From an uncultured Holophagales bacterium (GTDB lineage Bacteria > Acidobacteriota > Thermoanaerobaculia > Multivoradales > UBA5704), in assembly GCA_963842525.1 (NCBI GenBank), contig CAWJGT010000001.1:576001-640000 (forward strand): a DNA stretch of 64,000 nucleotides. The letters run 5' to 3'. A program made the position numbers and the translations under genes. The notes under the pieces are model-generated. The model was given only the letters and a program-made list of their open reading frames with translations. It was not told the origin of the DNA and did no database searches. How positions within the stretch are numbered: the stretch's first letter is position 1; the number at the start of each line of letters is the position of its first letter. Shown here one piece after another: positions 51,647 through 61,801 of the stretch.

Positions 51647-51872
51647 CGCGGCCAAGTCGCTCAGCCGGATCCCCAAAGCCCACCAAACACGTTTGATCCA
51701 GGCCATCGACCGCCTGCGGAAGGAGCCACTCGCTGGAGGCACTCTCAAGGGAGAGTTTTCCGGGCTGCGGCGATTGCGCGTTGGCGACTACCGGATCGTG
51801 TACGAGGTGTTGCACGAGATGGTCACGGTTCTCGTCGTTCGGATTGGACATCGTCGTGACGTGTACCGCTGA
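51618..51872 (+). CDS. relE: RelE/ParE-family toxin
   Basis: YSIKI..SA.KSL, LKG..SGLRRLRVGDYRIVY, RIGHRRDVY. Confidence 0.9.
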   Translation: MSYSIKIKASAAKSLSRIPKAHQTRLIQAIDRLRKEPLAGGTLKGEFSGLRRLRVGDYRIVYEVLHEMVTVLVVRIGHRRDVYR

Positions 51873-51971
51873 TGCCAGCTCGAGCTATATCGGGCCTACA
51901 GCGAATTTCTGGGCGCCTTCGGGACGGCCCGCGGAGAAAACTCCGGCGGGGGGCCCCAGCCAGGCGCGAGA

Positions 51972-52220
51972 TCACTGCTCATACTGCTTGGTCAGGATCG
52001 CACCATCTCCAGGATCGATGACGTAGTGGGGTCCACCTCCCTGGAAATGGGGATCTTTGAGCTCGTAGTCCACGTGCCATCCGTCCCGCTCGAGAGAGAC
52101 GCTGGCACGATACGGAGAGAGGTCTCGATAGACTCGCTCGGCATCCAGGCGAGCGACCCTCAACGCCTGGTCGCTTGTGATGGACGGGACCGTAACTTCT
52201 GCGATCGTGCCGGGTGCCAT
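51972..52220 (-). CDS. Small PepSY-like hypothetical protein
   Basis: ITSDQALRVA...WHVDY...GGGPHYVIDP.DG.I. Confidence 0.6.
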   Translation of the reverse strand: MAPGTIAEVTVPSITSDQALRVARLDAERVYRDLSPYRASVSLERDGWHVDYELKDPHFQGGGPHYVIDPGDGAILTKQYEQ

Positions 52221-52277
52221 AGGTGCGCTGATGAATGGGTGGCACCTATTCGGGCAACGTCACCCTGGGGCGGGGCT

Positions 52278-53259
52278 TCAATCTCCGAAGACGTCCCGGA
52301 GACGCTCGGCGGTCAAAACGCGGTCGCTCCATTCCAGCAGCCGATCCGCATCCGCGGAGCGCACCCGTTCATCGATCTCGGGGGCTAAAGGGCCGAATTT
52401 CAAGCGGAGCTGCCGGAGCAACATTCGGGCCTCTCCCTGCTGGAGCCCCTGCTGGAGTCCCTGCTGGAGTCCCTCTTCGAGACCCTCCTCGCGGATCTGA
52501 CGGTTCCACCGGTCGATGCTTTCTGCCAACATGGTTTCAAGCTCCTCTAAAGTCAGCGTGTCGGCGACCTCCGCCAGCGCAAGTCCGAATCGCGGCAGGA
52601 TGACCTTCTGCAGCCAGGTCTCGAACGCCCGCCGCAAGGAGGCCTCCTCCGGAGGGATGTTCCGCCGCAGCCGATGGACTCCGGTCAGAACATCCGCCCA
52701 ATCGCGGCTCTTCTCGATAAAGAACAGGTCGGCCGCCGGGCTCTTCAGCGATTCCAAAAACTGCCGGTCGTAGGCCGACTCATCCACCAGCCGGTAGCAC
52801 AACCGCGGCCGATAGATCTCCGCCGAGGGGTCCAGATCTCTGACCAGAGAGCCGAGGTCCGTGGCCACCCTCCACGGCTCGCCTCCATTGTAGACGAGGA
52901 CCGCAATGACCGGTGGCAGCTTCTTCCAGGCCACCGGTGGGAGATCGGCCAGCAGGGTCTGGTAGAGGAGGCCCTTATAGACTGTAAAGCGCACCGGCAT
53001 GGAGGGGTCCGGCCGCGACTGGAAGCTCGATGAGGACGTAGATCTCGGCCGGCTCCCCTCCGTCCTTGCGCCGAAACTTCCAGACGATGTCACTCTCGCG
53101 GTTCTCGTGCTCGTCGGAGACATAGGAAGAGCTGACCCGCTCGCCGGAGTCAAAGTCGATGAGCTCGACCCACGGCTCGTCCACGATCTTCTGGAGGAGA
53201 TCCTGGACCATGCGGCGGTGAGTGAAGAAGAGGCGATAGCTGAGGTCGTGTTGTCCCAT
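52278..53259 (-). CDS. Rpn/YhgA-like PD-(D/E)XK nuclease with DUF4351 tail, frameshift near 53020
   Basis: HDLSYRLFFTH, RESDIVW, LIE(F)QS, LPPVIAVLVYNG..W, GLQQG repeats, LLRQL..KFG. Confidence 0.88.
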
Positions 53260-54258
53260 GATTTCTCGCGGGACTCTACCACCGATCACCCGAACGTAAG
53301 GCTTGTCCACCAAACGACCAATCCCTGCCTACCGATGAGGAGCCATTCGTCCGCAGGGAAGCCGGCGGTCAAAGGAATAGACCCCTCGGGCATCGCCCCA
53401 GCCTCCGAAGCCGGCGACCAGATCAGGACATCCGGGAGGATCCCCTGAGTCCCTCGGAAACAGCCTCCTCCCTAGGCCTTGCATGCTTCGTCTTCCGCCC
53501 CCTTGACCTCCGGGGTGAGAGGGCGCTCTGATGAGAACAGCCGAGGCTCCCCTTCAGAGAGCGGTTGTGCTCCGCAGTGGAAAGAATCTAATCTCCACGT
53601 GGTCACCTCGGCTCAACTGCGGACTTGCTAGTCGTATCCCGTTTTCAGCCCGAGAGCCTTAATTATTGAGCTTCTCTATGACAACCTGCCCTTTCTGTCC
53701 TCCACCAACGCCTCATGGCAGCACTCCTCAAGAAAGTATAACTCCGAGTGAGGCCAGGCGACCCCAAAGGTATGCGGTGAACAGGAGAGGCAACGGAGAG
53801 GGGCCTCTTCGCCGTCCCATCGCCTCGCCGGTCCTCGACGAGATCGCCCTGGCCTGGGGCTCGCCGGAGAGGTGGCGTAACCGCCGCCGGAGCGCACTCA
53901 CTCGGCTCCCATGACAAGGACGCGGCCATATTTCAATCTCTCGAAATACGTCCCGATCCGGTCTCGTGCGGTCAAGCCCAGTGGTTGGCTCGCCTGAAAT
54001 CTCCGCGCGTCGTTTTGCTGCAGGCTCGGCTCGCCTCTGCGGCCACATTTGTAAGAGCGGTCCACGAACAGGAAGGCGAGAATAGATTGTTAGCCTCCTG
54101 TGGATTAGCCTGCTGGGAGAGGTGCGAGAAATTGGGAGGACGTTTGTTGGTGCACCCTCCTAGGAAAGCCGGCAAGGTGGTTACGGCTTGTCTCGATTGA
54201 GTTGATCGTCCTGGGGGTCATCGGGCTGGCGGCTTCTCCTGACAGCAGGGGGATTCAC

Positions 54259-55395
54259 ATGCTCATTCCTTCGTCTTCATCAGTTACTCACATCTAGAGG
54301 ATGAATTTTTTGGCCTACTTCTGCATCTGATTTCGAAGGCATTGGCGTGTCGGTGTGGCGAGACCAAGAGGGAACCAAGCCAGGCACCCGCATCTTCTTC
54401 AAGCTCAGTCTGAGAACTGCATTACAGACAGCTCAATGATTTCCGCCATGTCTTTCTGGGAATTCACTTCTATCGAATTGGGGTGGTGCTGAGAATATCG
54501 AGCAGCTTACGTTCGCTTCCAGTCAAGAAGGAGCAAGCCTGGAACAACACCCGGACTGAGCAAGCCGGGGCCATAGTGCCGCCGCGGTTGTCGTCGGATA
54601 TCAAACAACACATCGATTTCACCGGCTCGCATCAGGTCGGTTTGAGGCAGCTTGCTGGCTCATTACTCCCGCAGAATACTAGTGATTGCGTGTTCGGAGG
54701 CAGCACGGGGATGGGATCTCGCGTTCAAAAGGCATTTCGGGCGGAAGAACTGAGACGAGGCTTTCCTTCTCTTGGTAATTCCAGGAAGTTATCGATATAT
54801 CGAGCGAAATATCCCGCCTGGGTCGCCCGACAGGATCGCCAGTTGGCCTCGATGCAGGCGTAGCCGGTGAGATGCCCTGAGAGGAGGTCAGGGGCAACGT
54901 ACATTTGGTCTATATATTAGAAGATAGTGATGGTCCTGATCGTGTCGTCGGCGAACCCGCTATGGGGCGTGGCACAGAATATCCGAAACCGGTTTGCGGT
55001 ACGTCCTACTGAGGCCTGAAGCGCTATTCGTTAGCAGACCGATGTCGTCTGGAAGTAAAGCAGACGCTTTGCAGGTATCTTTCTCCAGTTCATGAACGGT
55101 GTCCCGAGCTCAGGTGTCTGTTAGGCAGGCTCAGTCTTTACAGCATAGATCAGGTTGCTGATTTTGTCGCGCAGGGTACCGGCGTATCCATTCTTCCTGG
55201 TGCTATTGTAGAAGCTGATGCTGTAGCCCAAGGTAAGCTGTGGGCGGTGGAGTTACCGGGCGATTCAAGTCGCTCCTGGTACGGCCTATGGAATATAAAC
55301 CGCTGGTGAACGCTGGCAGCGGAGCACTTGGTAAGTCTGTTCAAAGACTTCGGCCTACGGCTTTCCTGCACTGGGAGTTGGCGAGCCAGCTTTGA
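54259..55395 (+). pseudogene. TIR domain plus LysR-type substrate-binding domain (many indels)
   Basis: Across frames: FVFISYSH, GVSVWRDQ, CLSGNSLLSNW, HIDFTGS (TIR); LVIACS, LDAGVAG, VLIVSSANPL, FVAQGTGVSILP, GKLWAVEL (LysR SBD). Confidence 0.6.
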
Positions 55396-55407
55396 GGATT
55401 CGGGATC

Positions 55408-56290
55408 TCAACTCCTTCGTATTTGATGGACCTTCACCCGGATATTAGCTTTTAAAATTTCCTTCTTCCAGTCCAGGATTCTCTCCGTAAACCGAAGATC
55501 GTCGCTCCGCGGCCGAGCAAAAGGCACTGGAACCTCAGTAACAAAGCGGCCCTCGCTTTAGAACGACCACCCTGTCCGCGAAAGATATTGCCTCCTCAAT
55601 AAAAGCGTGTGAAAAAGATGATGGTCTTTGGCGAGTCCTTCGAGATCGAGATAAGCTGTTTCTGCATCCTCTCGCGGGTATGCGAATCCCAGTGCTGCGA
55701 AGGTTTTTTATTTGATCAGCACAGCATGCTCCGGGATTGGGGGCGAGAGCCCGGGCCAGGGCGACGCGCTAAATTTGTCCCGCTCACAACTTATGTGGGT
55801 ATTGGCGCGCGTAGGTCCTCTGATCCCCGATACGCTCCAGGAGGCCTCGCAGACCCGCTCCCTTTCGCGGACCTCATCGGCATGCCACGTATTTGCAACG
55901 CGATGTTGACCTCCGGTCTCGAACCAAGGGAACAAGTGGTTGCTCTGTGAGGCTTAGTGGATGAGCATTCCTATTACTTCTACCTCCCCCTGGAAGGAAA
56001 TGAACCGCGCGAGCGCGTGTTCAGGAGAAGTTCTCACCTCCCCTGCGCCCTGATCTGCCTACGACAATGAGTTGCCCGCTTAATTGCTTCCCTGGGAAAA
56101 CAAAAATGACATCCCGCAAGTAGGGCTGATTCTGGCCATAGGTCACGGAAAAGACCGGCAGGCGCGCAAACGACAACAGATTCTACTGTTCGCGGCCATC
56201 GCCCGTAGGCCTTCATCCAAGGAAACGTGAGCCGCACAAATGTTGCGAAGGCGGCATCGGGGAGTCAACCAGTGGCGCCGAGCACCGCCA
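55408..56290 (-). pseudogene. TauB/SsuB-like ABC ATPase, heavily frameshifted; start approximate
   Basis: HLFPW, RVALARAL, FAAL(D)SHTRERMQ, IEEAISFADRVVVL, VPFARPR. Confidence 0.7.
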
Positions 56291-56299
56291 AGGCCTCAA

Positions 56300-57004
56300 T
56301 CATCCGGTCGATCTGATAAGCCATATATGTGATTCGAACCGGAAACCGATTCCGGATGATGTGCGAGTGGATTCATTGAACGTACAGATGATGACGTATG
56401 CGACTGCGATCGAATTCCGCAGCCCTGCCACGATCGCTGGAAGCGCTGCCGGAAGGACGACATAGGCCAGAACCGCAGCGCGCGATCGGGTCAGCAAGCG
56501 GGCGCTCCATAAGTACTCGATCGGGATTCTCGCTGCGCCGAGGTGCGTGTTGATCCAGGTCGGGAAGAACACGGCGAAGCTGGTCGAAAAGATCTTCGCG
56601 CCGTCGCCGATCCCGAACCAGACGATCACCAGGGGGATGATCGCCACTGGCGGCAGCGGACGCAAAACCTGGATTACAGGCCCAAAGATGGCGTCGGCGG
56701 TCCGGCTTCGCCCCGTCGACAGCCCGGCGGCCATTCCCATCCCTCCCCCAACTAGGAAGCCGACCAGCAGACGCAGAGAACTGGCTTCGACGTCCCTCCA
56801 TAACTCCCCCGTGCGGCTCCAGGCCAGCAAGGCGGTCACCACCTTCGACGGCGGAGGAAAGAGCGCGGGGTTGCTCACGGCATACCGCGAAAGCAACTCC
56901 CAAAGCACAAGCAGGAAGGCGATCGGAACTCCCCAGAGAAGGAAGCGGCCCGCTCCACCGAAAAACGCGGGACGGGCCTCCGCCCGTTGGCTTGAAATCC
57001 CCAT
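56300..57004 (-). CDS. TauC/SsuC-like ABC permease; 3' end garbled
   Basis: LFPPPSKV, LRPLPPVAIIPL..WFG.G, VVLPAALPAI.AGLR. Confidence 0.85.
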   Translation of the reverse strand: MGISSQRAEARPAFFGGAGRFLLWGVPIAFLLVLWELLSRYAVSNPALFPPPSKVVTALLAWSRTGELWRDVEASSLRLLVGFLVGGGMGMAAGLSTGRSRTADAIFGPVIQVLRPLPPVAIIPLVIVWFGIGDGAKIFSTSFAVFFPTWINTHLGAARIPIEYLWSARLLTRSRAAVLAYVVLPAALPAIVAGLRNSIAVAYVIICTFNESTRTSSGIGFRFESHIWLIRSTG

Positions 57005-57024
57005 CTCAAGACCGCTCCCGGGTT

Positions 57025-58053
57025 TTACTTTAGCTGGACCAGGTTCGGATCGACTTCGCGAAGCAGTTCTGCATCGACGATTGCCCGGAAATCAGGGACT
57101 GGCGTACCCTGGGGAACCGTACCCTTTTCGATCGCCCACTTCGCCTCGGCTGTGGTGAGCTCGATAAGAAGAGGAGTCAGCGCAGGGCGGAACACAAAGT
57201 TTGGCCAGATATCGTCCACCACCTGCCGATCCAGCTTGGTATACCGAGTCACGATCGCTTTCGCGTCGTCAGGCCGCTGCGCCACGAAGACCGCGGCGTC
57301 CTTCAGCCCTCGCAGGAACGCCACCACGTCCGCCCGCCGCGCGGTGATCGTCTTCGGCATGACACTGGCGACGTAAAGCTCCCGAGTAGATGCTCGGGTC
57401 GGCGAACGTAACGCCCTTGTCTCCCATGGAGCGCTCGGCGAAGCGGGCGAACGGATCGAAGATCGCGATGGCGTCGACGGAACCGCTGGCGAGGGAAGCC
57501 GGCATGTCTTCCGGCTTCTGGCTGATAAGCTCTACTTCCGTGGCCGCGATCCCGTACTCTTTAAGAAAATTATACGTGAAAAACTCGGGACCGCACCGAA
57601 TGATGTGGCGAGCTTACGCTTCTTGGCCTTGAAGTACTTCAAGGCGTCCTCGAGGCCCGGCTCTCGGCGAGCCACAACGCGGACCTCATTGATCGTGCGT
57701 TCAACGACCTGCCCCACGACGCGGAAATTGCTACCCTGGAGCGTCGAAAGCGCTACCGGCACCTCGCCCGAGACAGCCACGTCGAGAGAGCCTCCAGAAA
57801 AGCCTGCAGGGCGAACTTTCCGGCCGTGAACTCCTTGAGCTCCACGTCCACGCCATGCTTGTCGAAGAACCTTGGTCTTCCGATACCATCAGCAGCGCCA
57901 TAGCAGGTGAAACTTGGATACCCACGGAGAGCTTCGGAGTTTGCGAGCTCGATCGGGAATTTCTTTCTCGTCCTCCCTAGCCTTCTGGCATCCCAAAACT
58001 CCAAGCACGGCCGTCAGGAGCAAGCCGACGGTGATTCGTAAGCGAGGTTTCAT
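57025..58053 (-). CDS. NitT/TauT-family substrate-binding lipoprotein, frameshifted
   Basis: Signal MKPRLRITVGLLLTAVLGVLGC; FFDKHGVDVELKEFTAGK, GSVDAIAIFDPF. Confidence 0.8.
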
Positions 58054-58080
58054 ATTATGCTCCTCAATGTAAGCATTTCG

Positions 58081-58473
58081 TTAAGGTATAGATTCAAGAT
58101 AAGACAGCATCTGCGATGCCGTCGGGAACGGCTTCTTTCCAAGAATACCCCTTACACCAGGAGCATCCACGTACCGGCTTTCCAGCCATCTCCTTGATGC
58201 CCTATCGTCGACAAGTTCGGAGCACACCACGACAGGAATCAACGAGACAATCCGAAAAAGTTTGGTGATTACAGCCAATCCCTCAAGTTCGCTGTTCCCG
58301 AATCTGCTATCAATTATTGCTAACTGAGGACCAAAAGCTCGGATTCTTTCCTGCTCTTCATCCAGGGTGGGCGAGGAAGGAGGGAGAACAGAGCAACCAT
58401 GATCTCGGAATGTCCGCGCGAACCGAATAATGTCCTCAGGTTCATCGTCAATCACTAGTATCTTGGCTTCCAT
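58081..58473 (-). CDS. Stand-alone response regulator receiver
   Basis: ILVIDDE, AIID, VVCS, GKKP. Confidence 0.8.
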   Translation of the reverse strand: MEAKILVIDDEPEDIIRFARTFRDHGCSVLPPSSPTLDEEQERIRAFGPQLAIIDSRFGNSELEGLAVITKLFRIVSLIPVVVCSELVDDRASRRWLESRYVDAPGVRGILGKKPFPTASQMLSYLESIP

Positions 58474-60076
58474 TTCTCGTTTCCCCTTGAGATAATTTTT
58501 GACTCTCGCGCACGAACACGACAAAATGCGCTCCTGGCCACTGCGTCTTATCAGCCGACTCACTTTGCTCATCGAGAAACATCTTTCCACCAAGGTTCTC
58601 TATGGCGCGTCGCGAAAGGTAAAGGCCGTAACCGTGCGCGGTACTTTGGCCATCCTGGACAGCCTTACCAGAACCGGGCTTAAAAAGATGGGGTCTAACC
58701 ATCGGGTCGATACCTGGACCATCATCTCGGACGCCAAAGCGGAATCCTGAAATTGGCTCGGCAACCTTTTCTACAAGAACCTCCACCTTATTGTCTGCAA
58801 AGTGCCACGCGTTGGCCAGAAGATTATCCATGACCTCCCAGAAGGTAGTTTTGTCCACCCACATTTCCCAGTCAGAGGGTATAACCTCCTCTTGGCCTGC
58901 TGGTGAGCTCAAGCCCCTTGGCTTCATATTTTTTACTATTGATGAACAATAAAGTGGCAACAAATTCTCGAACATTGACATCTGCTGCCCTCACCTTGGA
59001 GAAGGCATCAAGGTCGTCCCTAGCGAAGGTAAGCATTAGATCTTCTGCGCTTTGGCGAAGTGCCATAACTCTTTCTTCAATCTTTCTGAAAGACTCTATA
59101 GCGCTTCCGACGTGGGCGAGGAGCGACTCGAGAGGCGTCTGGAGCCCATGCGCCAACATCTGCACAAAAGCGCCCCTCGCCCGATTGAGTTCCTCAGCCA
59201 ATCTGGCGCGCTCGTCACACCTGCCTCCTCACGGAGGCGAACACCGCTCAGAAGAGAGTGCGCAACTAACTGTAGCAAGCGCGTCTTCGTCGGGTCAAAC
59301 TCATTCTCTGGTGGTGGTCCAATAAAAGCGATCCCGCCTATCAAATTCTCTCCAGCATGGACAGGCGCGAGAACAACTAAGCGCGGTAATTCGATTATAC
59401 CCTTGCGAAGCGCGATTAACGTGACGCGGCAAATGTTGCGAAGAAGATTAAGCGCTCCAGCGGCAGAAAACGCTTCCGCTTCTCCACTCCAGACCGCCAA
59501 CCGCATCGCAATCTCTTCGACTACTATTGGAGTCTGCCTCAGGCATGCCTGAACGCAGTCCTGCTCAATTGACTTCTCAGGCTCGGGCCCACGAGTAACT
59601 CGCTGAAGCTCAGAAATAATCGATGACGGTATGACAAGGTGATTAGGAGCCGGCCTTTGACTCACGGAATCGTTGGACGAGAGCAAAATCACGGCCGGAT
59701 TGCCGCGCATTTCTTGACCTTTGAACCGCAAATACGGAGGCACGCTCCTTTGGTTGACCTCAAGGGAATCGGAATGCTGCGCCAATAAGCTTTCAGGCTC
59801 TACAGGGTACGATATGCGAAACCACTCGGCACTCGGCTCGCTCTCACTGACAGGATGCCTCGTCGCGTAATGCAATGTAAGCCAATCAACTTTACGATTG
59901 CGCATCGCCCCAGCCATGGCCCGATCTGAGAGTATACTGCGTAGCTGATCGACAAGCCATGTTTTGTAGACCACGTGCGGCCGTTCAAATTCATTCCCAA
60001 AGCCAGCAAAGGCAGAAGAGATTAAAGCTAACGCATCGAGAACAAGGTCGGTAAAGCTTGCAGACTTCTCGCTCAC
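58448..60076 (-). CDS. Sensor histidine kinase, split by frameshifts near 59200 and 58950
   Basis: H-box LAHGLQTPL, N-box DNLLANA, DDGPGI, F-box LFKPG, GYGLYL. Confidence 0.8.
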
Positions 60077-60930
60077 ACTACTCTCCTCAATAACTGAGCT
60101 TCATCATGAGCATCCTCTAGCTCATTTAGAAGCACATCCGCAAGCTCCGTCGGCGTTACGTCGCACGTCTGGAGAATTGCCAGGCCGAAATTTAAACAGT
60201 ATGCTGCAAAGAAGAACGCCATGGCGACTTCCAGCACCACAATCCAATTAGCCAACGGAGAATTCCCCGGATGAATATCACCGTACCCGACAGTGCCAGC
60301 TGTGACAACACTGAAATAGAGCGCTTCCGTCAAGGAAACAGAAGACGGACCGTTAGGGCACACAACAAAGGCATGACCATCCGTAAGGACATGTGCTGAG
60401 AGGTACAGCGACCCAAAGCAGAATATTAGAGAAGTTCCCGCAAGAAGAAGCGAAAGAAAGAACTGGCGACTTTTTGCTAGCCTATAGATCCGTATGTGAC
60501 TCTTGAAATCAGTTCTTGCCTCTGCTATAAAATCCGGAAAGTTTTCGGGGATGAGCCTCTGATGCCTTGCGTCATCACATGCATCACGAAGGTAATGTAC
60601 TTCCTCTGCCGGGAGTGTGAGGAGTATGTCTTCGTATGCAAAAAACGCTTTTCCTGGTACGTAAACTGGTGGCTCGCATAAGGCAGCGAGAGTGGAAAAG
60701 AACGACCGCCTCGTTTTAACGATTGTATGGGTACTCGGAATCGGACGAAAAAAGCGAAACGCACTGACGACTATGGTACCAATTACAATCAACCCCAGAG
60801 TAAGACAAATTACCGCAGTACTGCGCATGATTACTGCGTTCATGCTAGAAAAATAACCAATGACAGGAATTCCCAAAAGCGCCACGAGAGCCAATCCGAG
60901 ACGAACAATTTGATATAGATAGATCTTCAC
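60073..60930 (-). CDS. Potassium-channel-family protein
   Basis: ALYFSVVTAGTVGYGDIHP selectivity filter with flanking TMs, plus two extra N-terminal TMs. Confidence 0.85.
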   Translation of the reverse strand: MKIYLYQIVRLGLALVALLGIPVIGYFSSMNAVIMRSTAVICLTLGLIVIGTIVVSAFRFFRPIPSTHTIVKTRRSFFSTLAALCEPPVYVPGKAFFAYEDILLTLPAEEVHYLRDACDDARHQRLIPENFPDFIAEARTDFKSHIRIYRLAKSRQFFLSLLLAGTSLIFCFGSLYLSAHVLTDGHAFVVCPNGPSSVSLTEALYFSVVTAGTVGYGDIHPGNSPLANWIVVLEVAMAFFFAAYCLNFGLAILQTCDVTPTELADVLLNELEDAHDEAQLLRRVV

Positions 60931-61373
60931 TTTAACCCTCGAACAAACCCGAGAAGAGCTTCGGCGGACGGAAAATCAGGAAATTTGCCGAAGGCGGCAA
61001 CGACACCCTGCTCTCGAAGGGCCCGCCCTCTTTCTGCTTCCCCCATGGGCGAATGTGTAAAAAGCTTCGAGCAAACGACAATTGGAGGCACACCGCAGGC
61101 AAATTCTATCTCTCGTATTTGATCGATGAGCCGGTATCCATCCTCTCGCGATTCACCAATAACTAGGTCAGTTACAATCAAATCTGGACAGAACACAAGC
61201 AGAGCAGCTCGCGCACTCTCATCCAGAACAGGCCGCCTAAGCAAGAGCAAATCCACGGTCGAATTCTGGAATACGCTTTTGAATCTAACAAGAGAGTCTC
61301 TCGAATCGTCGAAAATCACGATTCGAATGGCAGACTTGGTTTCCATGGCTTGCATCGTTCCCGTACTTGCCAT
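60927..61373 (-). CDS. Stand-alone receiver protein
   Basis: IVIFDDS, IVTDLVIGESREDGY, VVCSK, FGKFP. Confidence 0.8.
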   Translation of the reverse strand: MASTGTMQAMETKSAIRIVIFDDSRDSLVRFKSVFQNSTVDLLLLRRPVLDESARAALLVFCPDLIVTDLVIGESREDGYRLIDQIREIEFACGVPPIVVCSKLFTHSPMGEAERGRALREQGVVAAFGKFPDFPSAEALLGFVRGLK

Positions 61374-61801
61374 CAGAAGGCAGTTTTACGATCGAGAGAA
61401 AGAAATTCCTGTGCCGAGGGGAGGTCTGGATACTTTCCGAAAGCAGCCTTCACTCCTGGTTCTGCAAGGGCACGCGCCTTTTCCCCTTCGCCCATGGGAG
61501 TTTTGGTAATCAATTTTGAGCAAACTACAATAGGAGGAATTCCGCCACGAAACGGCACCTCCCGAAGCTGGGCTATAAGACGGTAGCCATCTTCTCGCGA
61601 CTCTCCCATCACGAGGTCTACAATGATGAGGCTGGGCTGAAATGCAACAAGTGCTGTGCTAATGTTAACATCCACCTCAGGTCGCCTGAAATAGAGAAGT
61701 TCACAACCGCTCTCGTTGAAAGCATTTGCGTAGCGCTTTAGCGCATCCCGAGAGTCATCGAAGATAACAACGCATTTCGGGATTTCAAGTGGCGTTGTCA
61801 T
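61373..61801 (-). CDS. Stand-alone receiver protein, paralog of 60927..61373
   Basis: VVIFDDS, IIVDLVMGESREDGY, VVCSK, FGKYP. Confidence 0.8.
   Translation of the reverse strand: MTTPLEIPKCVVIFDDSRDALKRYANAFNESGCELLYFRRPEVDVNISTALVAFQPSLIIVDLVMGESREDGYRLIAQLREVPFRGGIPPIVVCSKLITKTPMGEGEKARALAEPGVKAAFGKYPDLPSAQEFLSLDRKTAF

Noticed and set aside
53450-54250. Short ORFs such as MTTCPFCPP (possible HIT or zinc-binding protein)
   Set aside because: No further family motifs could be recovered in any frame and the region is too noisy to call.
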